A model generated the notes under the pieces. It did not search any database, was not told the origin of the DNA, and saw nothing but the letters and a program-made list of their open reading frames with translations. A DNA stretch of 56,458 bases from an uncultured archaeon. GTDB taxonomy: Archaea; Aenigmatarchaeota; Aenigmatarchaeia; QMZP01. Below, one piece after another: positions 49,014 through 56,458 of the stretch (positions are counted from its first letter, which is position 1; every line of letters starts with the position of its first letter). Position numbers and translations under genes: made by a program. The DNA lies in NCBI GenBank assembly GCA_964607835.1, contig CAZSLL010000007.1, positions 1 through 56,458 of the forward strand, read 5' to 3'.

Positions 49014-50927
49014 TCAAACCGCTATCTCTATGCTCCCCGCCGAGTCTGAAACGCTTTCGTTGAAAGAACTTGCATTAACTGCAAATGCGCCAGGAGAGGA
49101 GTAGTTTTGCGCCACGTAAACGAACACACCATCACCAGTTCCCAGGTATACACTCTCCTCCCCGCTCAGGCTACCCTCTCCGGTCTCCATGGTCCAGTTG
49201 AATCCCGTGGAGTCACCGAAATTGTTGAGGGTTATGAACCTGAACACTCTCTGCATCGACTGCTGGAAAATGCTCTCCAGACCGTAAGCAACCACGTTTC
49301 CTATGGGCGTGGTCATGGTTTCTGAGTCGCTCAGTTCTCCAGAGTAAGCAGTCGAATTAATCTCATAGATATTGCCATCGTTGTACACGTTCTCGAAATA
49401 GACGAACACCTCCTCTTTTGGGCCCAGTGACACATTTTCACTGCTCGTGATAATGGTTCCGTTGCCAAGGTCGAAAGACCAGCTGATGTTTTTGGTCTTG
49501 TTGTTGTAGTTGTTCCCTATCCGGAATCCGAATATGTTGTTCGTTGGCGTTGTTTCCAGTTTCTTGAGTTCGAGAACGTCCAGCGGGAAGAGTGCTGCAT
49601 ATGCATTTATCAATGGATATACCAAACCGCTTCCTGGATTATTGTTCATTGACTTTCCTTCATCGGAAATAAGTTCTCCTGTTTCAATGAGTCTATTTTC
49701 AACATCTATTGGTTCATAGTCAAACTCTTTCAGAGTCCAATATTGCATCAATAATGCAGATACTCCTGCAACTATAGGTGTAGATAATGATGTTCCACCA
49801 CTTTCTACAATTGCATCTGATATATTTATAGTAGTGATTTCATATCCTGGTGCAATAATATCTAGTAGATTGCCTCTATTGGTAAAACATGTCATATTAT
49901 TCTGACACGGAATCTCTGTACAATTTGAATCATTGAAATAAACGGGTCCTATGTCTGTATAATCATAGCTTGAGCCTACCGAAGTTGCATTTATAGCACA
50001 TGCTGGTACGGTAATATGAGTGCTGTTTCCTTCATTACCAGAAGATACCGTGACCAAAATACCATTCTCAACCGCATTGTTCACGTCTGTTGTAGAAGTT
50101 ATAAGTTCACAATCATAAGGGTCATCAAAATAATACATCACACTAGCACTAAGAGTTATTATATCAATGCTATAGTTATCTTTATTGTATGTGCACCAGT
50201 CTATTGCTTTTGATATATCTTCGTCATTTACATTTCCTTCCTTATCAGTGACCCTGACAGCTACAATATCCGAATCAAGAGCTACCCCTTTTGGATAACT
50301 GTTATAACCAAGAACCCCAACAACTCTTGTACCATGCCCATACTCATCTGTAGCATTTGCGTCTTCAGTTTCTCCATTGGGACAGCAACCAGTATCTGAT
50401 ATATTACAAAAACAATATTCAGCTTTCAAGTTCTTTATGAGTACTTCATTTTCCTTATCTACACCAGAATCGATAACACAAATGGTTATATTACTTCCAG
50501 TTATGTTTTCATTGTTTATTATAGTACTCCATGTTTCATCGACATCTATCAATGGTATAGAACTGGGCATTGTGAGTTTTGCTACTCTCGGATAATAAAT
50601 GCTATAGACCTCAGACATTTTACTTAATTTATCGAGTCCTTCGTTTGTAATAAATCCAGATAACCATCGTCCTTTTTTTGCAATATATGTTATCGATAGT
50701 TCTTCATTAGATATCGAGTCTTTTATTCTCAATAAAGCTTCTCTGTCTTCAAATATTATAGAAACTTTAACTCTTTCTTGAGAAGTCAGCTTTTCATGTA
50801 CATTTTTGTCAATAATGGGTTTAGATATCTTTGAATATGCTGCTGAAGTTGTTGAAATAATCAAAGAGTATATAAGAAGTACAATTATAGACGCTTTAAC
50901 ATAGTCTCTAATCATCATTGAAATCAC
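49014..50927 (-). CDS. Secreted subtilisin-like S8 serine protease with two C-terminal Ig-like repeats
   Basis: Catalytic triad motifs VIDSGVD, GHGTRV and GGTSLSTP; oxyanion SSGN; signal peptide and prodomain. Confidence 0.9.
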   Translation of the reverse strand: MISMMIRDYVKASIIVLLIYSLIISTTSAAYSKISKPIIDKNVHEKLTSQERVKVSIIFEDREALLRIKDSISNEELSITYIAKKGRWLSGFITNEGLDKLSKMSEVYSIYYPRVAKLTMPSSIPLIDVDETWSTIINNENITGSNITICVIDSGVDKENEVLIKNLKAEYCFCNISDTGCCPNGETEDANATDEYGHGTRVVGVLGYNSYPKGVALDSDIVAVRVTDKEGNVNDEDISKAIDWCTYNKDNYSIDIITLSASVMYYFDDPYDCELITSTTDVNNAVENGILVTVSSGNEGNSTHITVPACAINATSVGSSYDYTDIGPVYFNDSNCTEIPCQNNMTCFTNRGNLLDIIAPGYEITTINISDAIVESGGTSLSTPIVAGVSALLMQYWTLKEFDYEPIDVENRLIETGELISDEGKSMNNNPGSGLVYPLINAYAALFPLDVLELKKLETTPTNNIFGFRIGNNYNNKTKNISWSFDLGNGTIITSSENVSLGPKEEVFVYFENVYNDGNIYEINSTAYSGELSDSETMTTPIGNVVAYGLESIFQQSMQRVFRFITLNNFGDSTGFNWTMETGEGSLSGEESVYLGTGDGVFVYVAQNYSSPGAFAVNASSFNESVSDSAGSIEIAV

Positions 50928-50928
50928 A

Positions 50929-51306
50929 TTATGTTAGTTTAGCTGGACCACTAAACCCGACTGACTCAAGAATATCAAGATTGTTTAAGATACAGAACCA
51001 AATTTTTTCCTTACCCTCAGGTACATAGATTGTTGATAGCGAATCAAAACTTAGTGAGAGTCCTAAAGAATTGACTAAATGAGTGGCTTCTTCTTCGTTG
51101 ACATCGTCCACGAATCTTACATTTATCTCACCTGGATACTGAATTGCTATGTTAATATCGTCAACACACTCCTGATCAACGTTCATCTCGTGCCAGGCTC
51201 TCACAATGGCCTTGTTCGATAAAAGCAGGACGGTGCCAATAATAATAGTTATCAATATTATCGCCAAATATTCTTTCCTTATCTTCTTAATTTCTTTGAG
51301 TTGCAT
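50929..51306 (-). CDS. Small membrane-anchored protein (125 aa), possible stand-alone S8-prodomain-like fold
   Basis: TM LAIILITIIIGTVLLL, then PGEINVRF...EEEATHLVNSLGL...VPEGKE. Ends 1 nt before the protease start. Confidence 0.7.
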   Translation of the reverse strand: MQLKEIKKIRKEYLAIILITIIIGTVLLLSNKAIVRAWHEMNVDQECVDDINIAIQYPGEINVRFVDDVNEEEATHLVNSLGLSLSFDSLSTIYVPEGKEKIWFCILNNLDILESVGFSGPAKLT

Positions 51307-51313
51307 GAACTAT

Positions 51314-53338
51314 CTAAACCTTAGTGCCGTTGATGAAGCTGGCAACCGATTCGGTAATGCTTGTTGAAGTCATGTTGTTGTTTTCCCAAATGTAAACCAC
51401 ATTAGTAAGGTTGGCCATGTTCGTCCAGTTGCTTGTCGAGTCATTGCTCGTTACATAATTGAAGGCCCATGTCTGGTTCCCTGACAAGGCGACCCAATCG
51501 AATGCTCCTTGTTTTTGTTCACCATCAGAATACCTGATGTATATTTTCTGGTCAGGGTAAGTGTTATCACCGCTCAGGACATTGCAAATACCTTCCATTA
51601 TTGCACTGTCACCGTCTTCTTCATCTGCGATTTCGATTTCCTGTTCCTTGTCACCATAATCAATCAGCTGGTCTGTCATTGCGAGATATGATGCATTGAT
51701 CCAATCAGAAGAAAAATCTGTTTTACCAAACCTGACCTCATCAATATCAACATCCAGGAAATTCATAGGAGTTCCCTTGTTATGAACTGCGCCCAGAAAC
51801 ATTGGATACTGGAAGTTCGCGAAGTTGTCAGGCGCCATTCTATAATCGTATGTAATAGGTGATTGGGACACACCATCAAAAAATATGCCTATGGAGTTGC
51901 GGGAAGCATCTACCACAAAAACCAAATAGTGCCATGTACCGTCTGCAATATCCGTTATATCGTTGGTAGGGTTGGCGTTTACAACGTCATTGCTCTCATC
52001 ACCTATGTAGATGTATACTTTATCTTGGTCATCGCCAGTAACGCTTGAGTGGAGCATTATCATCAGCCTGGTGTTGGCGGGGGGATCCGCATCGTTCACT
52101 GAACCCAGAATGTTATCTTTCGTTTCCTGGGAAGTGTTGATCCACATCTCAATGGTAAAGGGCTCGTCCATGTTTGAGCCGAAGCTGCCCAATTTGGTTA
52201 TACTTAGGTAGTCATCTGTGCCATCAAAATCTTGGGCAAACCCAATCTTGCCAGTGTTCTCTGATGGTTCGTTGTCTCCCTTCTTTGTCCCGTGGTACCC
52301 ATTGACTGTGCTATCATTGGAAACAGATGTGTTATAATCGTTCATGTGATAGACTGCTTTGAAATTTGGGTCCCATACATCAGTATTTTGTTGGTTATCT
52401 TCTGCATAATCATTTCCATAATAATATGAGTAAACAGTGTCCTTAGAGGAGCTTATGTTAGCCTTGAACCATACATAGGAACTGCCGCTTTCATTCCACA
52501 ACTCAATTTCATATGGAACTATAGAGCCATCATCCCTGCAACCCGCATCAACTATTCTCAGGTCTTGTCCACTTGATTGGGTAGTATCATAATCTATTTT
52601 GGAATCATTGAGGGCGAGTAATAATGGAAAGTCTGTTAAATCAGAGCTAATTTTATCGTGGTCAATAGTGATATTCCTGCATGCACCCCAGCTTGAGTTC
52701 CACCATTTCCATTCATCTATTTTTACGCCAAAAAATGAAGGTATCCAGTCAATGTCGTTGCTCTTCAGAGAGGGCTTCTTCTTGCCAACGAGCTTCATGT
52801 AATACCGCCTGCCTTCTTCGAATGTCGTGCCCCAGAAACCGAATTTCCGGTACTCCTCTTTATATTTAGTTACCTCTTTGTATCCTGTGACAGATTCTCT
52901 CCAGCAAGTGCCTTTCTCCTCTGTCGCATTGTCTAATATGCAGGAATAACTCTGGTTACCTATGACGGGCAACCTTACGCTATAGGGGACTTCTTCCAGA
53001 ATCTCGAAATGGTAGCTCTTCAGGCCGTCCATCTCAGAGCCTGCCTTTATGAACTCCCATCTGAAGTCTCCATTCTCAGATGCAGGGGTCGTTATGTCCT
53101 GATGCGGTGTAAACTCCAGAATGGCAAAGCAATCAGCAAGGCACTGGTCCGTGTTGTCCACGAGCGTGACATCAAGGATAGGCTGTCCCAGTGCCGTCTG
53201 GATGCGTATCCGGTCTTCACCAAGAATGACCTTCTCGTAATCCATCTGGGCAGTTGCAGTGCTGTAGAGCATGAATGCAAAGAGGAATAGTGATAAGCTG
53301 AGAATCCCTGCAACGGAATATTTCGTTGAGGCCTTCAT
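51314..53338 (-). CDS. Exported DUF2341 plus LamG domain protein (674 aa)
   Basis: Signal/TM; WWNSSW..CRNITID...DFPL...DLRIVD...PYEIE.W...VWFK (DUF2341-like); AVYHMND...FDG...WHY...DEVR (LamG). Confidence 0.85.
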   Translation of the reverse strand: MKASTKYSVAGILSLSLFLFAFMLYSTATAQMDYEKVILGEDRIRIQTALGQPILDVTLVDNTDQCLADCFAILEFTPHQDITTPASENGDFRWEFIKAGSEMDGLKSYHFEILEEVPYSVRLPVIGNQSYSCILDNATEEKGTCWRESVTGYKEVTKYKEEYRKFGFWGTTFEEGRRYYMKLVGKKKPSLKSNDIDWIPSFFGVKIDEWKWWNSSWGACRNITIDHDKISSDLTDFPLLLALNDSKIDYDTTQSSGQDLRIVDAGCRDDGSIVPYEIELWNESGSSYVWFKANISSSKDTVYSYYYGNDYAEDNQQNTDVWDPNFKAVYHMNDYNTSVSNDSTVNGYHGTKKGDNEPSENTGKIGFAQDFDGTDDYLSITKLGSFGSNMDEPFTIEMWINTSQETKDNILGSVNDADPPANTRLMIMLHSSVTGDDQDKVYIYIGDESNDVVNANPTNDITDIADGTWHYLVFVVDASRNSIGIFFDGVSQSPITYDYRMAPDNFANFQYPMFLGAVHNKGTPMNFLDVDIDEVRFGKTDFSSDWINASYLAMTDQLIDYGDKEQEIEIADEEDGDSAIMEGICNVLSGDNTYPDQKIYIRYSDGEQKQGAFDWVALSGNQTWAFNYVTSNDSTSNWTNMANLTNVVYIWENNNMTSTSITESVASFINGTKV

Positions 53339-53366
53339 CGAATCAAATATGCCTTTGAATCAGGGA

Positions 53367-54476
53367 TTATAAAGCTATGTTTAAACTCTGGCTCCCCAGC
53401 GCCTTCCCGTACTCCCTCTCGAACCTCAGGACCTCTTTCTCCCAGGTGTGCTCCCTGGCCTCCTCCCTTGCCGCTTTCCCGAGCCTCCTCTTCCCTGGAA
53501 GGTCTTTGCACACCTCCAGAAGGGCCCTTTTCAGGCTCTCCCTTTCCGGCTCGCAGCGTAACCCGCTCTTCCCGGGGGTTATGTAGGGCAGTGAGGTGAT
53601 GATTATTCTCCCGGCTGCCTTGGCCTCCAGAATGGCAAGGGGCTGCCCGCTCTCTGTGCTTGGAAGCACGAATGCGTCCGCCTCCTTAAGGGCATCCCTG
53701 GAATCCATCCAGCCCCTGTACTCCACTCCGGGCTCCCCTTTGGCAAGTTCCCTGATCCGCTCCTCAAGGGTCCCCCTCCCGGCTATCAGCAGCCTCGCTT
53801 TGGGGCAGGACCCTCTCACCTTCCTGAAAGCCTCAATGAGAAGCCCCACACCCTTCACGGGCTCCAGCCTTCCCATGAACAGAAAGACAGGATTCCTGCC
53901 GCTTCTCTCAGGGAATGAGTAGTCCCCCAAATCAATTCCGTTGCTCAGCAGGGCATGAGGCCTCCCGGTCAGCGGGGAGAGCCTTTCCCTGGCCTTTCCG
54001 CTTATGAAAATGATTCTCCCGGCTCCCCTCAGGGCGCACCTCTGCATGAGCCAGAGCGCCTCCCTCGCCGGGAATCCCCAGTCCACTATCATGCCGTGCG
54101 GGGTGAACGCCACGGGCCTTCCTGTGAGCCTTCCCAGCAGGGCGCCGAAGAACCCCGCCACCACTGCGTGGCAATGGACAATGTCATGCCTTCTGGCCAG
54201 CCTTATGGAGAGCAGAAACGCAAGCATGTTGTATGTGAGCCCCCTGAGGTGCCTGCTCCTCATGTATCTGGTCCTGTGGATTCTCAGCCCTCCCCGCTCC
54301 TCGAATGCGGGCTGCCCGGGGAACCTTCTGGTAACTATGGTAACCCTGTGCCCCCTCTTCACCAGGCTCCTGGAGAGCCTGTCCACGTGCAGCTCTATTC
54401 CCCCGCCTGCCTTGGGATCGAACCTCGAGCTCACCCCGAAGGGGTATTCCTTGCTTCCCAGCATTAGCACTCTCAT
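53367..54476 (-). CDS. Glycosyltransferase family 4 (GT-B)
   Basis: GGIELHV, DIVHCH, SNGID, FMGRLEPVKG, FVLPSTE...ILEA.A.G. Confidence 0.9.
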   Translation of the reverse strand: MRVLMLGSKEYPFGVSSRFDPKAGGGIELHVDRLSRSLVKRGHRVTIVTRRFPGQPAFEERGGLRIHRTRYMRSRHLRGLTYNMLAFLLSIRLARRHDIVHCHAVVAGFFGALLGRLTGRPVAFTPHGMIVDWGFPAREALWLMQRCALRGAGRIIFISGKARERLSPLTGRPHALLSNGIDLGDYSFPERSGRNPVFLFMGRLEPVKGVGLLIEAFRKVRGSCPKARLLIAGRGTLEERIRELAKGEPGVEYRGWMDSRDALKEADAFVLPSTESGQPLAILEAKAAGRIIITSLPYITPGKSGLRCEPERESLKRALLEVCKDLPGKRRLGKAAREEAREHTWEKEVLRFEREYGKALGSQSLNIAL

Positions 54477-54558
54477 GATTAGAGTTTGCTAGGATATCAA
54501 TAAAAAGCGGTTAGCGGGGCTCCCCCGCCACCTCCACCATCAGGTGCTCATTCCCTGG

Positions 54559-54882
54559 CTACCCGTACTCACGCCAGGAGTGCTTGCACTTGGTGCACCT
54601 GAGGAACATTGTGGGGGCCTCGTCGCTCGACCTGGTCTGCTGTATCCACCAGGAGGCCTCCTTGTTCCCGCACTTGGGGCACACCACCTTGGTCTTTGGC
54701 ATGAATTCCTCGCTCTTCTCGATAACCACCACGTCGTCCAGAGGATTCTTCTCTATGTCCTCTGCTATCTCCATGGGCTTGTAGTCCTCCATCTTGGACC
54801 CGCACTTCCTGCACACCAGGATAGTCTTGGAGCCCTGCTTCTTTGCCACCATTACGCTGCCGCAATTGCTGCAGAAATCCAT
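54559..54882 (-). CDS. tfs: Transcription factor S (RpoM/TFIIS-like)
   Basis: Two Zn ribbons (C..C...C..C) and QTRSSDEAPT acidic hairpin. Confidence 0.93.
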   Translation of the reverse strand: MDFCSNCGSVMVAKKQGSKTILVCRKCGSKMEDYKPMEIAEDIEKNPLDDVVVIEKSEEFMPKTKVVCPKCGNKEASWWIQQTRSSDEAPTMFLRCTKCKHSWREYG

Positions 54883-55415
54883 GCTTGCACCCCCCTATTC
54901 AAGAATCCAGGCTTGAAGGCCCTGGCGCCTATGTAAGCCATTCCAATGATGGCCGCCCCCGCGAACACCCAGAGCATGTTCGGTAGCACGTACTGCATCA
55001 TCCCTATCTTTATCCACCCCAGGAACGGGATTATCATGATGACCCTTCCGTGCACCTGGGAGTGGTCTATGCTCTTCTCGTAAAAGAGCTGGCCGCTGTT
55101 TGCGTCCCCCTTGGTCTGGAAGGTCCCGTCGCTGTTGATTTCCACTACCCTGTGGACAACCGGGGTCCCGCCTGCCGGAGGGTCGAACACTATGATGTCC
55201 CCTATGGAAAGCTGCTCCTGGCCGGCTCCCTGGAGCATGAGCATGTCTCCCTTGTAGAACTCCGGAACCATGGAGTTGGATTCAACCGCCACTATGGGCA
55301 TGTCAGTGGACAGCCCGAACGCCAGGCCCTGGTTGATTCCCAGCGCCAGCACAACGCCCACAATTATGTAGAATACGCTGGAGTTGGTAAACCGGTCAAG
55401 ATTCTTTTTGTCCAT
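54852..55415 (-). CDS. Signal peptidase I (Sec11/SipW type)
   Basis: VESNSMVP (Ser), VVHRVV (His), TKGDAN, flanking TM helices. Confidence 0.9.
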   Translation of the reverse strand: MDKKNLDRFTNSSVFYIIVGVVLALGINQGLAFGLSTDMPIVAVESNSMVPEFYKGDMLMLQGAGQEQLSIGDIIVFDPPAGGTPVVHRVVEINSDGTFQTKGDANSGQLFYEKSIDHSQVHGRVIMIIPFLGWIKIGMMQYVLPNMLWVFAGAAIIGMAYIGARAFKPGFLNRGVQAWISAAIAAA

Positions 55416-55499
55416 CAGAATCCCCTCCCCGAACGGGGTTCAGCCATCTAATTTGTGATATTTGTCTATTTAAAACTATGTTTATGGCTATACAGGTCC

Positions 55500-55703
55500 T
55501 CACGATGCCGCTTCCTTCCTTAGCTTCCTCATCTTCTTGGATATGTAGCCCGCCAGGACGTTCCTTGTTCTCTTTGACTTGATTTTCTTTATGGTGGCCA
55601 GTGCCTTCTTGTTGGCATCGAAGTCAGGTGAAAGCTTGTCAGCGTGCTCGCTGATTATGTCTTCTCCCAGGGTCTTGACAGCAACGCTCTTCACTCTTCC
55701 CAT
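55500..55703 (-). CDS. rps17e: 30S ribosomal protein S17e
   Basis: MGRVK..VK...DFDANKK...SKRTRN.LAGYI; GGTGA SD upstream. Confidence 0.95.
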   Translation of the reverse strand: MGRVKSVAVKTLGEDIISEHADKLSPDFDANKKALATIKKIKSKRTRNVLAGYISKKMRKLRKEAAS

Positions 55704-55752
55704 GATTTCACCTTCTGGATAATCGCTTCCGATGCTTTATAAGCCTTTGGTA

Positions 55753-55893
55753 TGGGAGGAGTGGGAATCTCTCCCAGGCGCCTTAGGCGCCCAGCGGATT
55801 CGAACCCACGACGTCATGGTCTTCAGCTTCACAGACAGATAGCAGCAAACCGCTATTAGCCTCATGTGCTCTCCCGGACTGAGCTACCCTCCC
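55753..55893 (-). tRNA. tRNA-Phe(GAA) with two non-canonical introns: 35 nt at 30/31 (55828-55862) and ~32 nt in the T-loop at ~59/60 (55767-55798)
   Basis: Removing both inserts gives a 74-nt cloverleaf GGGAGGG...CATGG-CTGAAGA-CCATG...GTGGG-TTCGAAT-CCCAC-TCCTCCC-A. Intron 1 forms a perfect BHB (CACA/TGTG). The BHB of intron 2 is relaxed. Confidence 0.9.
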
Positions 55894-55981
55894 GTACCGG
55901 TTTCATGATTAAATGGATTGCATATATATTAATATATTATGCTGTTCCAGGGAAGCGTGCGCCAGAGCCTCTCTTCAGGAT

Positions 55982-56257
55982 TCAGCACGTCACGAACCCG
56001 ATTTCCTGCACCTTCTTGGTCACGACCTTTCCGGTTTCCTTCTCCGTGTTGATTTCCGTCAGAAAGAGGGGCATCCTGGTCTCGTAGTGGTGTGTGCAAA
56101 GGCAAACCACTGCAAGGATCCTGCTGTCCCTGGTTATCCTGTTCTCCTCCAGGAGGGTCACCTTCTTGGCCGGAGCCTTCTGGCAGCCCGGGATGTTGCA
56201 GAGCCTGTTCCTCCTCTGGAGGTCAAAGGACTCTGCAATCACCTGTGCCTTTGACAT
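55982..56257 (-). CDS. Hypothetical 91-aa protein with possible Zn finger (CxxxxC...CxxH)
   Basis: CNIPGC and CLCTHH. ATG lies 13 nt downstream of the tRNA-Asn 3' end. Confidence 0.65.
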   Translation of the reverse strand: MSKAQVIAESFDLQRRNRLCNIPGCQKAPAKKVTLLEENRITRDSRILAVVCLCTHHYETRMPLFLTEINTEKETGKVVTKKVQEIGFVTC

Positions 56258-56270
56258 GGGAAACTCCCAG

Positions 56271-56375
56271 CGCCCCAGGCTGGACTCGAACCAGCGACCT
56301 ACCGGTTAACAGCCGGGCGCTTTAGGCGCACAGGACAGGAACCCGTCCGCGCACTACCTGCTGAGCTACTGGGGC
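56271..56375 (-). tRNA. tRNA-Asn(GTT) with a 32-nt intron in the D-arm at 22/23 (56322-56353)
   Basis: Removal gives a 73-nt cloverleaf GCCCCAG...GCTC/GAGC...CTGTTAA...TTCGAGT...CTGGGGC-G. BHB helix AGGT/GCCT with 3-nt bulges AGT and AAA. Confidence 0.92.
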
Positions 56376-56402
56376 ACGCTTTCAGTGTTGTTGATGTGTT
56401 AA

Positions 56403-56410
56403 TTTATAAA
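56403..56410 (-). promoter_or_regulatory. TATA box (TTTATAAA) of tRNA-Asn
   Basis: Consensus TATA 27 nt upstream of tRNA G1, with purine-rich BRE-like AGAAAG upstream. Confidence 0.6.
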
Positions 56411-56458
56411 TGCTTTCTAATAAACCCGCCCCTTGTCCTTCAGGGCCTCCGCAAGGTT

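Noticed and set aside
49014-53338. Prophage or IS element explaining the AT-rich island
   Set aside because: No integrase, transposase, terminal repeats or viral structural genes are visible.
1-56458. CRISPR array or cas genes
   Set aside because: No regularly spaced 25-45-bp repeats and no Cas-like ORFs seen. The repeats found are intragenic domain repeats.

Overview
Archaeal genomic DNA. Evidence: rpS17e, transcription factor S, BHB-type tRNA introns, TATA boxes just upstream of start codons and a class III signal-peptide pilin. The gene content and compact layout suggest a DPANN lineage, possibly Aenigmarchaeota (inference, not verified). The first ~37.6 kb is a convergent cell-surface locus. 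On the + strand lie a 5'-truncated giant surface protein (>6,580 aa; 8 LamG domains, a DxDxDG propeller, a beta-solenoid, Cys-rich repeats, three C-terminal TM helices) and a 67-aa basic protein. On the - strand lie two paralogous ~1,100-aa membrane-anchored surface proteins, a 76-aa TM/coiled-coil protein, a 2,956-aa surface protein fused through one TM helix to a cytoplasmic HerA/FtsK/VirB4-type ATPase, and a 490-aa coiled-coil protein. The large proteins share homologous membrane-proximal domains, so I propose they form one envelope-spanning attachment/translocation machine; this is the best candidate for an undescribed system. The rest of the window holds a COG2403-type GTPase, TrkA, an FMN glutamate synthase domain, a pilin opposite three paralogous lipoproteins, a PHP/endonuclease Q protein, an AT-rich free-standing LAGLIDADG gene, DUF1512, an AT-rich S8 protease/DUF2341-LamG island, GT4, TFS, signal peptidase I, rpS17e and two tRNAs (Phe, Asn) with three non-canonical introns. 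Family assignments come from motif recognition by eye; no database searches were run.
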